From positions 19,371-83,370 of the forward strand of contig JASHRN010000234.1 in the NCBI GenBank assembly GCA_030037335.1: a stretch of 64,000 bases of DNA. Direction: 5' to 3'. The notes beneath the pieces are model-generated. The model made no database searches and was not told the DNA's origin. It was given only the letters and a program-made list of their open reading frames with translations. Each line of letters opens with the position of its first letter. Position 1 is the stretch's first letter. Origin of the DNA: Candidatus Acidiferrales bacterium. Its GTDB lineage: Bacteria > Acidobacteriota > Terriglobia > Acidiferrales > UBA7541. The position numbers and the translations under genes were made by a program. Positions 8,255-17,509 of the stretch are shown piece by piece.

Positions 8255-9661
8255 TTGCGAATCTGGCGGTTGCTTTCCTGCTCGGAAAAAGCGCTCATCG
8301 TCTTGTTTTTGCTGACGATTCCCTTTGTGCAAGCCACCGTCAGCGGCGATGGCATTGGATATTATGCTTATGCCCGCTCGCTGCTGGTCGATCACAACCT
8401 GGACTTCAAGGGCGACTGGAAAGATCCAAGAGGGCTTCCGGTTCTGACCACGCTTGGGAGAAACGGCCAATACGAATCGTCCACGCACTATACCAAGAAC
8501 GGCCATATTGCTAATTTTTATCCGGTCGGTCCGGCGATTCTCTGGTCCCCGTTCCTGGTGGCAACCCATGTAGTGGTCCTGGTGCTGCGCCGCGCGGGAT
8601 GGCGCGTCGCGGCAGACGGTTTTGGGCGGCCCTACCTGCTTACCATGGCGTTGGCTACAGCGCTCTATGGTTTCCTCGGTTTATGGCTCTCCTTTCAGTT
8701 GGCGCGGAACTATTTCGAGGAGCGGTGGGCTTTCTGGGCAACCATTGGAATTTGGTTTGGGAGTTCCCTGCCGGCATACATGTATCTCGAACCATCCTGG
8801 TCGCACGCGCATTCGGCGTTCTTGGTCGCGCTCTTCCTGTGGTACTGGCACCGAACCCGCAAGGCTCGAACGCTGCAGCAGTGGCTGGTGCTGGGGCTGA
8901 TTTCCGGGCTCATGCTCGACGTTTACTTTGCGAACGCTGTTTTCCTGCTAATTCCGTTCCTAGAATGCTGCTGGGTTTTCGTCTCCGCTTGGGCAGATCG
9001 CATACGCGCCGCTGGGGTGTTCACAAACGTCTTCAAAGGCGGTTTGGTGTATATCGCGGCAACGGCTGCGGCCTTTGTGCCAACATTAGCCGCGCGCAAG
9101 ATCGTGTTCGGAAGCGCCGTCGCGATTGGCGGATATGCGAACCAACGATGGCATTGGACTTCACCGGCCTTGGGGAAGGTGCTCTTTTCGTCGAATCACG
9201 GGCTCTTGTCGTGGAACCCCATATTGATCCTGGCTTTGGCCGGAGTGTTGTTGCTGTGGCGTCGCGCCCCGGATATTGGCAGGTACTTGCTCGCGGCGAC
9301 GCTTGGGTTTTACTTGTTGATTTCCGTCTACCCGTGGTGGACAGGTGTGGTGTCGTTCGGGGATCGTTTTTTCATTTCGCTCACGCCGGTTTTTGTGATT
9401 GGCATGGCGTGCACGTTCTCGGAGTTCGCGCGCGCCTGGCGAAGCACGCGCGCTGCCACGTTCCGAGTGGTCACCGTGTCCGTCCTCTTGATTCTCTGGA
9501 ACATCGGCTTGTTGCTTCAGTGGAGCACGGGGTTGCTGCCTGGCACTGGACCGGTCTATTGGAACGAAGTTCTTTACAACCAGTTCCGCGTCTTACCTGG
9601 CCAGACGGTTGATGCCGTTCGGAACCAACTCGGCGCGTCGGTGCACAAACCACTTCTGTAG
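8255..9661 (+). CDS. Polytopic inner-membrane protein, possibly a GT-C-fold glycosyltransferase
   Basis: 468 aa, TTG start with GGAGGG about 10 nt upstream, at least 10 predicted TM helices. The first loop carries SGDGIGYYAYARSLLVDHNLDF, an acidic motif plus aromatic residues as in ArnT/PMT-type enzymes. Family not verified. Confidence 0.4.
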   Translation: MRIWRLLSCSEKALIVLFLLTIPFVQATVSGDGIGYYAYARSLLVDHNLDFKGDWKDPRGLPVLTTLGRNGQYESSTHYTKNGHIANFYPVGPAILWSPFLVATHVVVLVLRRAGWRVAADGFGRPYLLTMALATALYGFLGLWLSFQLARNYFEERWAFWATIGIWFGSSLPAYMYLEPSWSHAHSAFLVALFLWYWHRTRKARTLQQWLVLGLISGLMLDVYFANAVFLLIPFLECCWVFVSAWADRIRAAGVFTNVFKGGLVYIAATAAAFVPTLAARKIVFGSAVAIGGYANQRWHWTSPALGKVLFSSNHGLLSWNPILILALAGVLLLWRRAPDIGRYLLAATLGFYLLISVYPWWTGVVSFGDRFFISLTPVFVIGMACTFSEFARAWRSTRAATFRVVTVSVLLILWNIGLLLQWSTGLLPGTGPVYWNEVLYNQFRVLPGQTVDAVRNQLGASVHKPLL

Positions 9662-9940
9662 GCAGTGCTGCGATTGTGGATGACGTGGAATTGGTGAATC
9701 AAGCACGTTAGCCGAATCAAGGTTCAGTAACATGAAATAAAGTCAGCCAACCCTCACGCGCTTCACGGATTCCTATAGAGATGCCCGGCCGGGATTGGCT
9801 CCTCCCAACATCAAAATGAGTGGCGTCACGCGGCTGTTTCCGGCTAGGCACAAACAGCCGCGCAGACAGCCTGAGGCCAAATCCGCTGTGCTAGAATTTG
9901 CAGAAGGTTCAGAACGGATCAGTAGGCATAAGTCATAACT

Positions 9941-11155
9941 ATGGCTGAGTTTGTCTGCAAAGTCGGGGACTCGACAGGGCACGTTTTCCAGCAACTCGAG
10001 ACGGCCCAGAGCGAGACGGAAGCTCGCCAGAAGCTCGCGGACCGCGGCTTTTATGTTTATGGAGTACGGCCGAACCTAAGCGTAGACCGGTTGATCAGGG
10101 GATCTCGGTCCAGCCGGAAGCTGCCTGCGAACGATTTCATGATTTTTAATCAGCAGTTTAATACTCTGATTAAGGCCGGCCTGCCAATTTTGAAGGCGCT
10201 AGATTTGCTGGCGGATCGCGCCGCCCTGCCGAAAATGCGTCCGATTTTGAACGATGTGCGCGGTCGAGTGCGCGAAGGAGCGCTACTGTCGGATGGGATA
10301 GAAGCTTCGGGAATGTTTCCCCCGGTTTATGTCACATCGCTTCGCGCGGGAGAAAAGAGCGGCGATTTAGCGGGCGTGTTAGACGATTACATCGCGTATC
10401 AGCGCACGACGACTGGGCTGAAAAAGAAACTGATCGGTGTGCTGATCTATCCAGCGATCTTAATCATTGTGGCGTCGTGCATTGTTTCCTACCTGGTGAC
10501 TTATGTGATTCCGGAATTCGCGCGTTTGTATTCGGACCTTGGGACGACATTGCCTGCTCCTACGCAATTCTTAATTACGGTTGTGGTGGGCTACCGCGCG
10601 TGGCTGCTGACAGCGGCGGGCTTGGTTGTCTTCGGCGCGATATTTTTATTCCTATGGTCGAGGACGCAGCACGGCGGTGTCGCGGTGGACCGTATGACGA
10701 TGAAACTGCCGATGCTTGGCGACGTGTGGATCAAATTTCAAATGGCGCAATTCACCAGGACGCTGGGAACGCTGCTGAGAGGAGGAACGCCTCTCGTCAC
10801 GGCGCTTTCGACGGCGGCGAATGCAATGCGGAGTCGGCTGGTCGCGGGATCGGTGGAAAAGGCTTCGGAGCGAGTCCGCGAGGGTGCGTCCTTGCACTCT
10901 TCGCTCGCGGAAACGAAAATGATTCCCGATCTGGCGCTGGACATGATTGAAGTGGGAGAAGCTTCCGGCGCGCTGGCGCCGATGCTCTCGAGCGTAGCGG
11001 TTTTCTACGAAGAAGAATCAAACATGAAGACCAGCGCGCTGATCGCCGTGATTGAACCGGCGGTATTGATTGTAATGGCGGGGCTGATCTTTTTCATTCT
11101 GGTTGCGCTGTACCTGCCGCTGTTTTCGATTCAGGCGGGCGGGGCTGGCGGGTAG
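9941..11155 (+). CDS. Second T2SS-F/PilC-family platform protein
   Basis: 404 aa. Duplicated T2SSF segments (FNQQFNTLIKAGLPILKALDLL and FTRTLGTLLRGGTPLVTALST), 3 TM segments. Confidence 0.85.
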   Translation: MAEFVCKVGDSTGHVFQQLETAQSETEARQKLADRGFYVYGVRPNLSVDRLIRGSRSSRKLPANDFMIFNQQFNTLIKAGLPILKALDLLADRAALPKMRPILNDVRGRVREGALLSDGIEASGMFPPVYVTSLRAGEKSGDLAGVLDDYIAYQRTTTGLKKKLIGVLIYPAILIIVASCIVSYLVTYVIPEFARLYSDLGTTLPAPTQFLITVVVGYRAWLLTAAGLVVFGAIFLFLWSRTQHGGVAVDRMTMKLPMLGDVWIKFQMAQFTRTLGTLLRGGTPLVTALSTAANAMRSRLVAGSVEKASERVREGASLHSSLAETKMIPDLALDMIEVGEASGALAPMLSSVAVFYEEESNMKTSALIAVIEPAVLIVMAGLIFFILVALYLPLFSIQAGGAGG

Positions 11156-11160
11156 GAATT

Positions 11161-12801
11161 ATGGCGGTCACAAAGGCGACAAATAAGGAAATCCATCTGG
11201 AGCCGTTGCACGACGAAAACGTTGAGCGCGAGCGCACGCAGAAACTCGCCGAGCGTTATCGCGTGCCGTTCATCGATCTGGCAGAGCAGCAGATTGATCC
11301 GGAACTTTTCCGCTCGATTCCTGCAGAGCTGATGTTTCGCTACAACTTTGTGCCGCTGGAGTCCCGGGATCACTCGCTGGTAGTGGTTGTGTCGGACCCA
11401 AGCCAGTTGCTGCTGAATGACGAGTTAGCGTTGCTGCTGGGAAAGAAGCTGACGATCAAAGTTGCGACCTCGACGCAGATCGCTGATCTGCTAAAGCGCA
11501 CCGAGCAGTCGCAGCGCGTGCTGGACCAAGCGACGGAAGGCTTCACGCTGCAAGTGGTAAGCGATGAGGACAGCGACGAAAACATTTCCATGGAGAAGCT
11601 GGCGCAAGCGGACAGCGGCGTCAGCCCGGTGGTGCGCTTGGTGGACACGGTGATCTTTACGGCGCTGGAGCGACGCGCAAGCGACATCCACATTGAGACG
11701 CGCAATACGGAAGTGGCCGTGAAGTACCGAATCGACGGAGTGTTGCAGTACGCCATGCAGCCGCTGGCGAAAGAATGGCATTCGACGATTCTGTCGCGCA
11801 TCAAGGTGATGAGCGAGCTGGATATTGCGGAGAGACGCGTCCCGCAAGACGGGCGCTTCCGCGTTCGATATAAGGGCCGTTTCATTGATTTTCGCGTTTC
11901 GGTGATGCCGTCGGTCCACGGCGAAGATGCCGTTCTTCGTGTGCTGGACAAGGAAACGCTGAGCGAAAAATTCCGGAATTTGACTTTGGACGTGGTGGGA
12001 TTCGCGGAAGAGGATTTGCGGAAGTTTCGCCGGTACATTCATGAACCTTATGGAATGGTGCTGGTGACCGGACCGACTGGCTCGGGGAAAACGACGACGC
12101 TTTACGCCGCGATCAACGAAATCAAGACCGACGAAGACAAGATCATCACCATTGAAGATCCCGTGGAATATCAGGTGAGCGGAATCACGCAGATTCCGGT
12201 GAATGAAAAGAAGGGCCTGACTTTCGCTCGCGGGCTGCGTTCGATTCTGCGGCACGACCCGGACAAAATCATGGTTGGCGAAATTCGCGACCACGAAACC
12301 GCGCAGATCGCCATTCAATCGGCGCTGACCGGGCATTTGGTGTTCACAACGGTGCACGCCAACAATGTGACTGACGTAATCGGACGTTTCGTGAACATGG
12401 ACGTGGAGCCGTACAATTTCGTCTCCGCTCTGAATTGCATTCTCGCGCAGCGACTCGTGCGCGTGATTTGCCCGAGTTGCAAGAGAGAGGCCAAGTGTTC
12501 ACCGGAGATTCTGCGCGAATCGGGAATCAATCCGGAAGAGTGGGGCAATACTCCGCTGTACGAGGGCGCAGGCTGCCTTGAGTGTTCTGGCAGCGGCTTT
12601 CGCGGGCGAACTGCGATTTCCGAACTGCTGGATTTATCCGACCGCATTCGCGAAATGATCATCGATCGCCGTCCGACTTCAGAAATCAAACGCGCAGCGA
12701 AGGAAGAGGGGATGCAGTTCCTGCGGGAATCGGGAATTGCGCGAGTACGCGAGGGGATCACAACGCTCCGCGAGATCAATAAGGTGACGTTCATTGACTA
12801 G
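11161..12801 (+). CDS. PilB/GspE-family secretion ATPase
   Basis: 546 aa. N-terminal T2SSE_N/MshEN-like domain, Walker A GPTGSGKTTT, Walker B IMVGEIRD, tetracysteine motif CPSCK...CLECSGSG. Confidence 0.9.
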   Translation: MAVTKATNKEIHLEPLHDENVERERTQKLAERYRVPFIDLAEQQIDPELFRSIPAELMFRYNFVPLESRDHSLVVVVSDPSQLLLNDELALLLGKKLTIKVATSTQIADLLKRTEQSQRVLDQATEGFTLQVVSDEDSDENISMEKLAQADSGVSPVVRLVDTVIFTALERRASDIHIETRNTEVAVKYRIDGVLQYAMQPLAKEWHSTILSRIKVMSELDIAERRVPQDGRFRVRYKGRFIDFRVSVMPSVHGEDAVLRVLDKETLSEKFRNLTLDVVGFAEEDLRKFRRYIHEPYGMVLVTGPTGSGKTTTLYAAINEIKTDEDKIITIEDPVEYQVSGITQIPVNEKKGLTFARGLRSILRHDPDKIMVGEIRDHETAQIAIQSALTGHLVFTTVHANNVTDVIGRFVNMDVEPYNFVSALNCILAQRLVRVICPSCKREAKCSPEILRESGINPEEWGNTPLYEGAGCLECSGSGFRGRTAISELLDLSDRIREMIIDRRPTSEIKRAAKEEGMQFLRESGIARVREGITTLREINKVTFID

Positions 12802-13759
12802 CCTGACTATAGCAGCGCGGCCAGAAAGACAGAGACGCGGCGGATTTTCCGAGTGGCTCGACGCCATGCCGCATCCCAGCGTGGTGGTGGAAGTTGCGCC
12901 AACGCACGTGGCGGCAGCGCGATGGGGCCGGGATTTGGCGCATTTGTCCGCCTTTGCCGCCGAGCCGTTGCCGGATGGTGCGGTGACGCCTTCGGCAACG
13001 CAGGTAAACATTGCCGATCCGGATGCCGTGCGAAGCGTGATTCACAGCATGATTTCGCGCGTGCCGAAGCAAGGTTCAGACGTGGCGCTGCTGTTGCCGG
13101 ATCCCAGTATTCGCGTCTTCATCTTGCCGTTTGACACTTTTCCGCGGCGAACGGATGAAGCGCTGCCGTTGCTGCGGTGGCGTTTGAAGAAGAGTTTGCC
13201 GTTCCCCGCAGAGGAAGCGGTTCTTTCCTGGGTGAGACAGTCGAGCCGAGATGGAAAAATCGAAATCGTGGCAGCAGTGGCGCGCCAGAAAATCGTCAGG
13301 GAGTATGAATCGCTGCTCGAAGAGGCGGGGCTGCTGGCGGGAATCGTGCAGAGCTCGACGCTGGCCACGCTGCCAATCCTGAGTCAGGCGGGCGCAACGC
13401 TGCTTGCGCGGCTGAGCGGAAGGAATCTGACAACAGTGATTGTGCGCGGCGAGACGATGTGTGTTTATCGCTCAACCGAATTGGGCGCGAACGCCGACGG
13501 GCTCAAGCCGCAGGTAATTTTCGACGAAGTTTTTCCGGCCGTGGCGTTTTATCAGGATACATGGGGCGGAAAAGTGGAGCAGCTGTGCGTTGCAGGTTTC
13601 GGTTTGGGCGAAGAAGAATTGCGCGAAGCATTGACGCGCGAGCTGGGATGTCCCGCGGAACCGCTGGGCTCGGGCGCCGAAATTACCGCGGAAGCGCGTT
13701 CGCTTATCGCGCAGGGCCTGGAGCCGCTGGTTGGATGGCAAATGAACCGCGGAGCATGA
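12794..13759 (+). CDS. PilM-like actin-fold pilus assembly protein
   Basis: 321 aa. Overlaps the ATPase stop by 8 nt (TTG start; alternative ATG 12866). PilM/GspL-cytoplasmic-like pattern (LLLPDPSIRVFILPFD...LRWRLKKSLPFP). Confidence 0.65.
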   Translation: MTSLTIAARPERQRRGGFSEWLDAMPHPSVVVEVAPTHVAAARWGRDLAHLSAFAAEPLPDGAVTPSATQVNIADPDAVRSVIHSMISRVPKQGSDVALLLPDPSIRVFILPFDTFPRRTDEALPLLRWRLKKSLPFPAEEAVLSWVRQSSRDGKIEIVAAVARQKIVREYESLLEEAGLLAGIVQSSTLATLPILSQAGATLLARLSGRNLTTVIVRGETMCVYRSTELGANADGLKPQVIFDEVFPAVAFYQDTWGGKVEQLCVAGFGLGEEELREALTRELGCPAEPLGSGAEITAEARSLIAQGLEPLVGWQMNRGA

Positions 13760-13781
13760 CCGGCAGGGAACGAGACTAGGG

Positions 13782-14357
13782 ATGAAGACGAGTTTCAATC
13801 TGGCAACGGCGCCGCTGGAAAATAACCGGCGCTTCATCGCCGGTGCGAGCGCGCTGGGAATTCTGGCGCTGGCGGCAATGGTCCTGCTTTCTTTGCACGC
13901 GGTGAGCGCCAGGCGGGCGAACCGCGCAATGCACGCTCAGATCGACAATCTGCATTCGCAAATTCGCATTTCGCTGCGTCATCAGGACGCCCTTCGAACC
14001 GAGTTCAAATCAGCGCAGGCTGAGGAGGCGCTCAAGCGCTCCACTTTCCTGAACGGATTGATTGAAGCGCGTGCTTTCCCATGGACAAAAATGTTTGCCG
14101 ACCTGGAACAAATTTTACCTCCGGGGGTGCGGGTAATCAGCATCTCTCCGCAAATGAACAGAGATGGCAGTGTGAGAGTCGAGTTGTTGATCGGCGCCGT
14201 CAATGATGACCAGGGGCTCAAGTTTCTGAATTCGATGAGTTCGTCGCCGGTATTTTCACAAGTGCATGTGACGCAGGAGACCCATCCCGCGAAAGCGCCG
14301 GAAGGCGGGGACGATACCGTGCTGGTAAACCTTGAAGTGCATTATTCGACTTCATGA
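13782..14357 (+). CDS. PilN-like assembly protein
   Basis: 191 aa. N-terminal FNLATAP motif, one TM, coiled coil, then a ferredoxin-like C-terminal region. Position after PilM. Confidence 0.65.
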   Translation: MKTSFNLATAPLENNRRFIAGASALGILALAAMVLLSLHAVSARRANRAMHAQIDNLHSQIRISLRHQDALRTEFKSAQAEEALKRSTFLNGLIEARAFPWTKMFADLEQILPPGVRVISISPQMNRDGSVRVELLIGAVNDDQGLKFLNSMSSSPVFSQVHVTQETHPAKAPEGGDDTVLVNLEVHYSTS

Positions 14358-14905
14358 ATGGCAGAACCAATTCGCGAAAGTGGAAGCTGACGGTGAAGAT
14401 CGCGTTGGCTTGCGCGCTGGCGATCGACGCAGCGTTGCTAGTGGTGAACTGGCGCGCCGCGAGCGAGTCGGTGCAATCGCAGAAAATGGAGCGCACCCAA
14501 CTGGAACAGAAATTAAAACTGTTGAGTGCGGATGTTCAGAACGGCCGGGAAATCGAAAAACAGCTTCCGAACGTGGCGCAAGAATGCGATGAGTTTTACC
14601 AGAAGGATTTGCTGCCCGCGTCTTCGGGAGACACGGCAGTGATTGCGGATCTTGGGAAAATCGCGAATAGCGCAGGCGTTCAGACCGGTGGAGTGGCACT
14701 CCATGAAAAAGAGGTGAAGGGGCGGGGGCTGGAAGAAGTGGAAATAACGGGATCAGTGCAGGGCAGCTATCAGAATTTGATCCAACTGATCGATGGCATC
14801 GAGCGCTCGACGCACTTCTACTTGCTGGAAAGCTTGACGTTAAACTCGGAGAACTCAGGGATCGTCAAGTTGCAGATTGCTTTGCGGACGTATTTCCGAA
14901 CGTGA
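14354..14905 (+). CDS. PilO/GspM-like assembly protein
   Basis: 183 aa. One TM, coiled coil, C-terminal alpha/beta domain. ATGA overlap with the upstream gene. Confidence 0.6.
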   Translation: MNGRTNSRKWKLTVKIALACALAIDAALLVVNWRAASESVQSQKMERTQLEQKLKLLSADVQNGREIEKQLPNVAQECDEFYQKDLLPASSGDTAVIADLGKIANSAGVQTGGVALHEKEVKGRGLEEVEITGSVQGSYQNLIQLIDGIERSTHFYLLESLTLNSENSGIVKLQIALRTYFRT

Positions 14906-15459
14906 CGATGACGAAGAAAACTCGGTATGAAGTTTCGGCGCTGGCGATTCTCGTCGTCATACTGGCATTTTTCGTTTTTATGCGGCGCTCCCCGGATGAC
15001 GTTTTTGAGGGCGTTCACAACGATGACGGGAAATTCCAGCCGTTGAATTTCCCGGATCCCTCCCTGAGAGTGGATTTGCTCGCGCGGATTCAGAATGAGC
15101 ACTACAACGGGGAGCGTCGCAACATTTTCAGCGAAGAGCCGCTGCCGCCGCCGCCGGAAGTGGTGGCTCAGCAGAAGGCCGCAGACGCGCAGAGGGCTGC
15201 AACTCCGCCGCCACCACCGCCTCTGACGATTCCGGCAACGTTTTATGGGATCGTGACCGATCCTGCTACCGGAGAGAGCCGCGCCTGTTTCTCGAATACC
15301 GATCACGTTTACATTTTGCCCGTGGGCGGCATCCTGCTTCATCAGTTCCGGGTGGTGAAAATTGGCCCGAACTCGGTTGATTTGCAGGAAGTCTCCTCGG
15401 GCCGAAGCACTACATTGACCCTGCCGGATGCAGCACCGCAGCAATCAGCGCAGCAATGA
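14902..15459 (+). CDS. PilP/GspC-HR-like protein (TM anchor, Pro-rich linker, beta domain)
   Basis: 185 aa. N-terminal TM, PPPPEVV...PPPPPPL linker, C-terminal FYGIV...FRVVKIGPNSVDLQE resembling the PilP/GspC HR domain. 4-nt overlaps on both sides. Confidence 0.45.
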   Translation: MTMTKKTRYEVSALAILVVILAFFVFMRRSPDDVFEGVHNDDGKFQPLNFPDPSLRVDLLARIQNEHYNGERRNIFSEEPLPPPPEVVAQQKAADAQRAATPPPPPPLTIPATFYGIVTDPATGESRACFSNTDHVYILPVGGILLHQFRVVKIGPNSVDLQEVSSGRSTTLTLPDAAPQQSAQQ

Positions 15460-16562
15460 AAACTAATTTCGATACAAATCGGCGGCGGGGAAATGGGGGA
15501 AATGAAGGTTACGCGCTTGTGTTCGTGCTGTTTTTGATGGCGTTGGTGATTATTGGTGCAGCGACCGCTACGCTCGACCAGTTGACGGAGGGGCGCCGCG
15601 AAAAGGAAGCGGTGATGATCTGGCGCGGAAAGCAATATCAGCGCGCCATTGGGCTCTTCTATAAAAAGCTTGGACGGTTTCCCACCAGCGTCGACGATTT
15701 GGTGAAAGTTCAGAATGGCGAAGAGCGTTTTCTGCGCGAAGCGTACAAGAATCCGATGAACAAGGACGGAACGTGGAGATTCGTCTACGTTACTCCGGCA
15801 GGACAACTGATTGGCAGCGTGATGTATACGTCGCTGCAGCAAATGGCGTTCATCGATCAGCAGCGGCGACTAGGACTGGCCTCAGGTGCGGCCACCTCAC
15901 CGGCCGCTCTCTCCTCAATGTTTCCAGGCGCCAGTCCAGACAACTCGGATAATTCGAATGCCTTTGGGAATAATTCAGGGCCTCTATCAGGGACCACCAC
16001 GCTGGGCGGAAGCCTGGGCAGTGCAGGCGCGCTCAGCGGCATCAACCCAAGCAGTTTGAACCTGAATAACTTGAGTCCTTCGCAGTTGCAAGCGCTGCAA
16101 TCGCAGTTGCAGGGACTAAGTCCGCAGCAACTGCAGGCGCTCGAATCACAGTATCAAGGGCAGATTCCGCCGCAACTGCAATCACAACTGCAACAGATGC
16201 TAGGGCAGAATTCTTCGCAAGCAGGAGGTTCATCGTTTTTCACGCAGCCGGGCGCGAATCCAAGCGGCGGGATGACGGTGCAAGAATCGTCCGGCTCAAG
16301 CGATTCAACGGACTCGAATGGGCAGGTGATTGGCGGATTCATCATCGGCGTGGCGGGAACGCAGGACAAGTCCTCGATCAAAGTTTATAAGGGCGGCACA
16401 ACGTACAAGCGATGGGAATTCATTTTCAATCCGCTCGAGCAAGTACAGACAATTGGCACGACTTCCACGGCGCCCGCGAATCCGACAGGCTCACAGGCCG
16501 GTGGAACGCCGCAAATTCCACAAACGCCACAACAGCCGCAAATCCCCCAGCAGCCCCAGTAG
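15456..16562 (+). CDS. Pseudopilin-like (GspG/GspK-like) protein with a ~200-aa Gln/Ser/Pro-rich low-complexity insertion
   Basis: 368 aa. Hydrophobic N-terminus EG|YALVFVLFLMALVIIG without Glu+5. GspG-like core QRAIGLFYKKLGRFPTSVDDLVK...NPMNKDGTWRFVY. Low-complexity stretch (SPSQLQALQSQLQGLSPQQLQALESQYQGQIPPQLQ...). C-terminal beta segment KVYKGGTTYKRWEFIF. Confidence 0.5.
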   Translation: MKTNFDTNRRRGNGGNEGYALVFVLFLMALVIIGAATATLDQLTEGRREKEAVMIWRGKQYQRAIGLFYKKLGRFPTSVDDLVKVQNGEERFLREAYKNPMNKDGTWRFVYVTPAGQLIGSVMYTSLQQMAFIDQQRRLGLASGAATSPAALSSMFPGASPDNSDNSNAFGNNSGPLSGTTTLGGSLGSAGALSGINPSSLNLNNLSPSQLQALQSQLQGLSPQQLQALESQYQGQIPPQLQSQLQQMLGQNSSQAGGSSFFTQPGANPSGGMTVQESSGSSDSTDSNGQVIGGFIIGVAGTQDKSSIKVYKGGTTYKRWEFIFNPLEQVQTIGTTSTAPANPTGSQAGGTPQIPQTPQQPQIPQQPQ

Positions 16563-16603
16563 CCAAAAAAATTTCTGTGATGATTTTAAGCGGCAGAGCA
16601 GCT

Positions 16604-17458
16604 TTATTTACGGCTGACTTCTTTCGCTTCGAGGACGTATTTGCGGATAGCGGAAGCGACGCCGCATTCGTCATTTGACAGCGTGACAGGCCAGCCGAGA
16701 GATTTCAGTTCGGCAACACTGTTGGCCATCACGACAGGCACGGCCGCGAATTCAAGCATGTCGCGATCATTCCAGTTGTCGCCGATGGCCATCACTTCAC
16801 TTTGTGGTATTCCGCGGCGGTGAGCCCATTCGGCCAGCGCTGCACCTTTTGAAGACCCGCTGGAAATCACATCGAGGATGCTGAGGTCGCGATGCTCGTA
16901 TTCGGTGTGCGCGAGCCCAAATTGGGGAGAGCAATCCATATTACGCACAATTCCTAGTGCGGCGCGCATTCGGGCGACCGAGCCGACAAACATGACCTGA
17001 ATCGGATCTTCGGTCAGGCAATCCTCCAGCGGAACGCATTCGGCAATGAATTCGCGATTGCGCTGGTAATAGCCGCTGCTGACAGCATCGCTCCAGTCAA
17101 TGCGTTCGAAAATGAGTTGGTTTTCGCGCGGGCGATCGAAACAAACCGCCGCCCCAGAACGGAATTCGTAAGTCGCTCGCAGCACTTCGCGAGCAATCTC
17201 GCGCGGCAGCAGATGCCGAAGATGGGTCTCGCCGGTTTTCGATTTGATCAGCGCACCATTGTTGATGATAAGCGCGAGCTCGCAGGGAATGCGCTCAGCG
17301 ATGGGACGCGCGAAATCGAAGCGCCGTCCCGTGACCAGCACGATTTCCACGCCGCGCGATTGCGCTTCAAGAATTGCGTCACGGTTGTCGTCAGGAAGTT
17401 CATGACGGTTATCGAGTAGCGTGCCGTCGATGTCCATGGCGATGAGACGAACGGCCAT
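16604..17458 (-). CDS. Cof-type HAD-IIB family hydrolase
   Basis: 284 aa. Motif I DIDGTLL, motif IV GDNWNDRDM. Confidence 0.8.
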   Translation of the reverse strand: MAVRLIAMDIDGTLLDNRHELPDDNRDAILEAQSRGVEIVLVTGRRFDFARPIAERIPCELALIINNGALIKSKTGETHLRHLLPREIAREVLRATYEFRSGAAVCFDRPRENQLIFERIDWSDAVSSGYYQRNREFIAECVPLEDCLTEDPIQVMFVGSVARMRAALGIVRNMDCSPQFGLAHTEYEHRDLSILDVISSGSSKGAALAEWAHRRGIPQSEVMAIGDNWNDRDMLEFAAVPVVMANSVAELKSLGWPVTLSNDECGVASAIRKYVLEAKEVSRK

Positions 17459-17509
17459 CGCAGTATTGTAACTGCTCGCCAGGGTGCTTTGCGGACGAAT
17501 TGCAGGACG

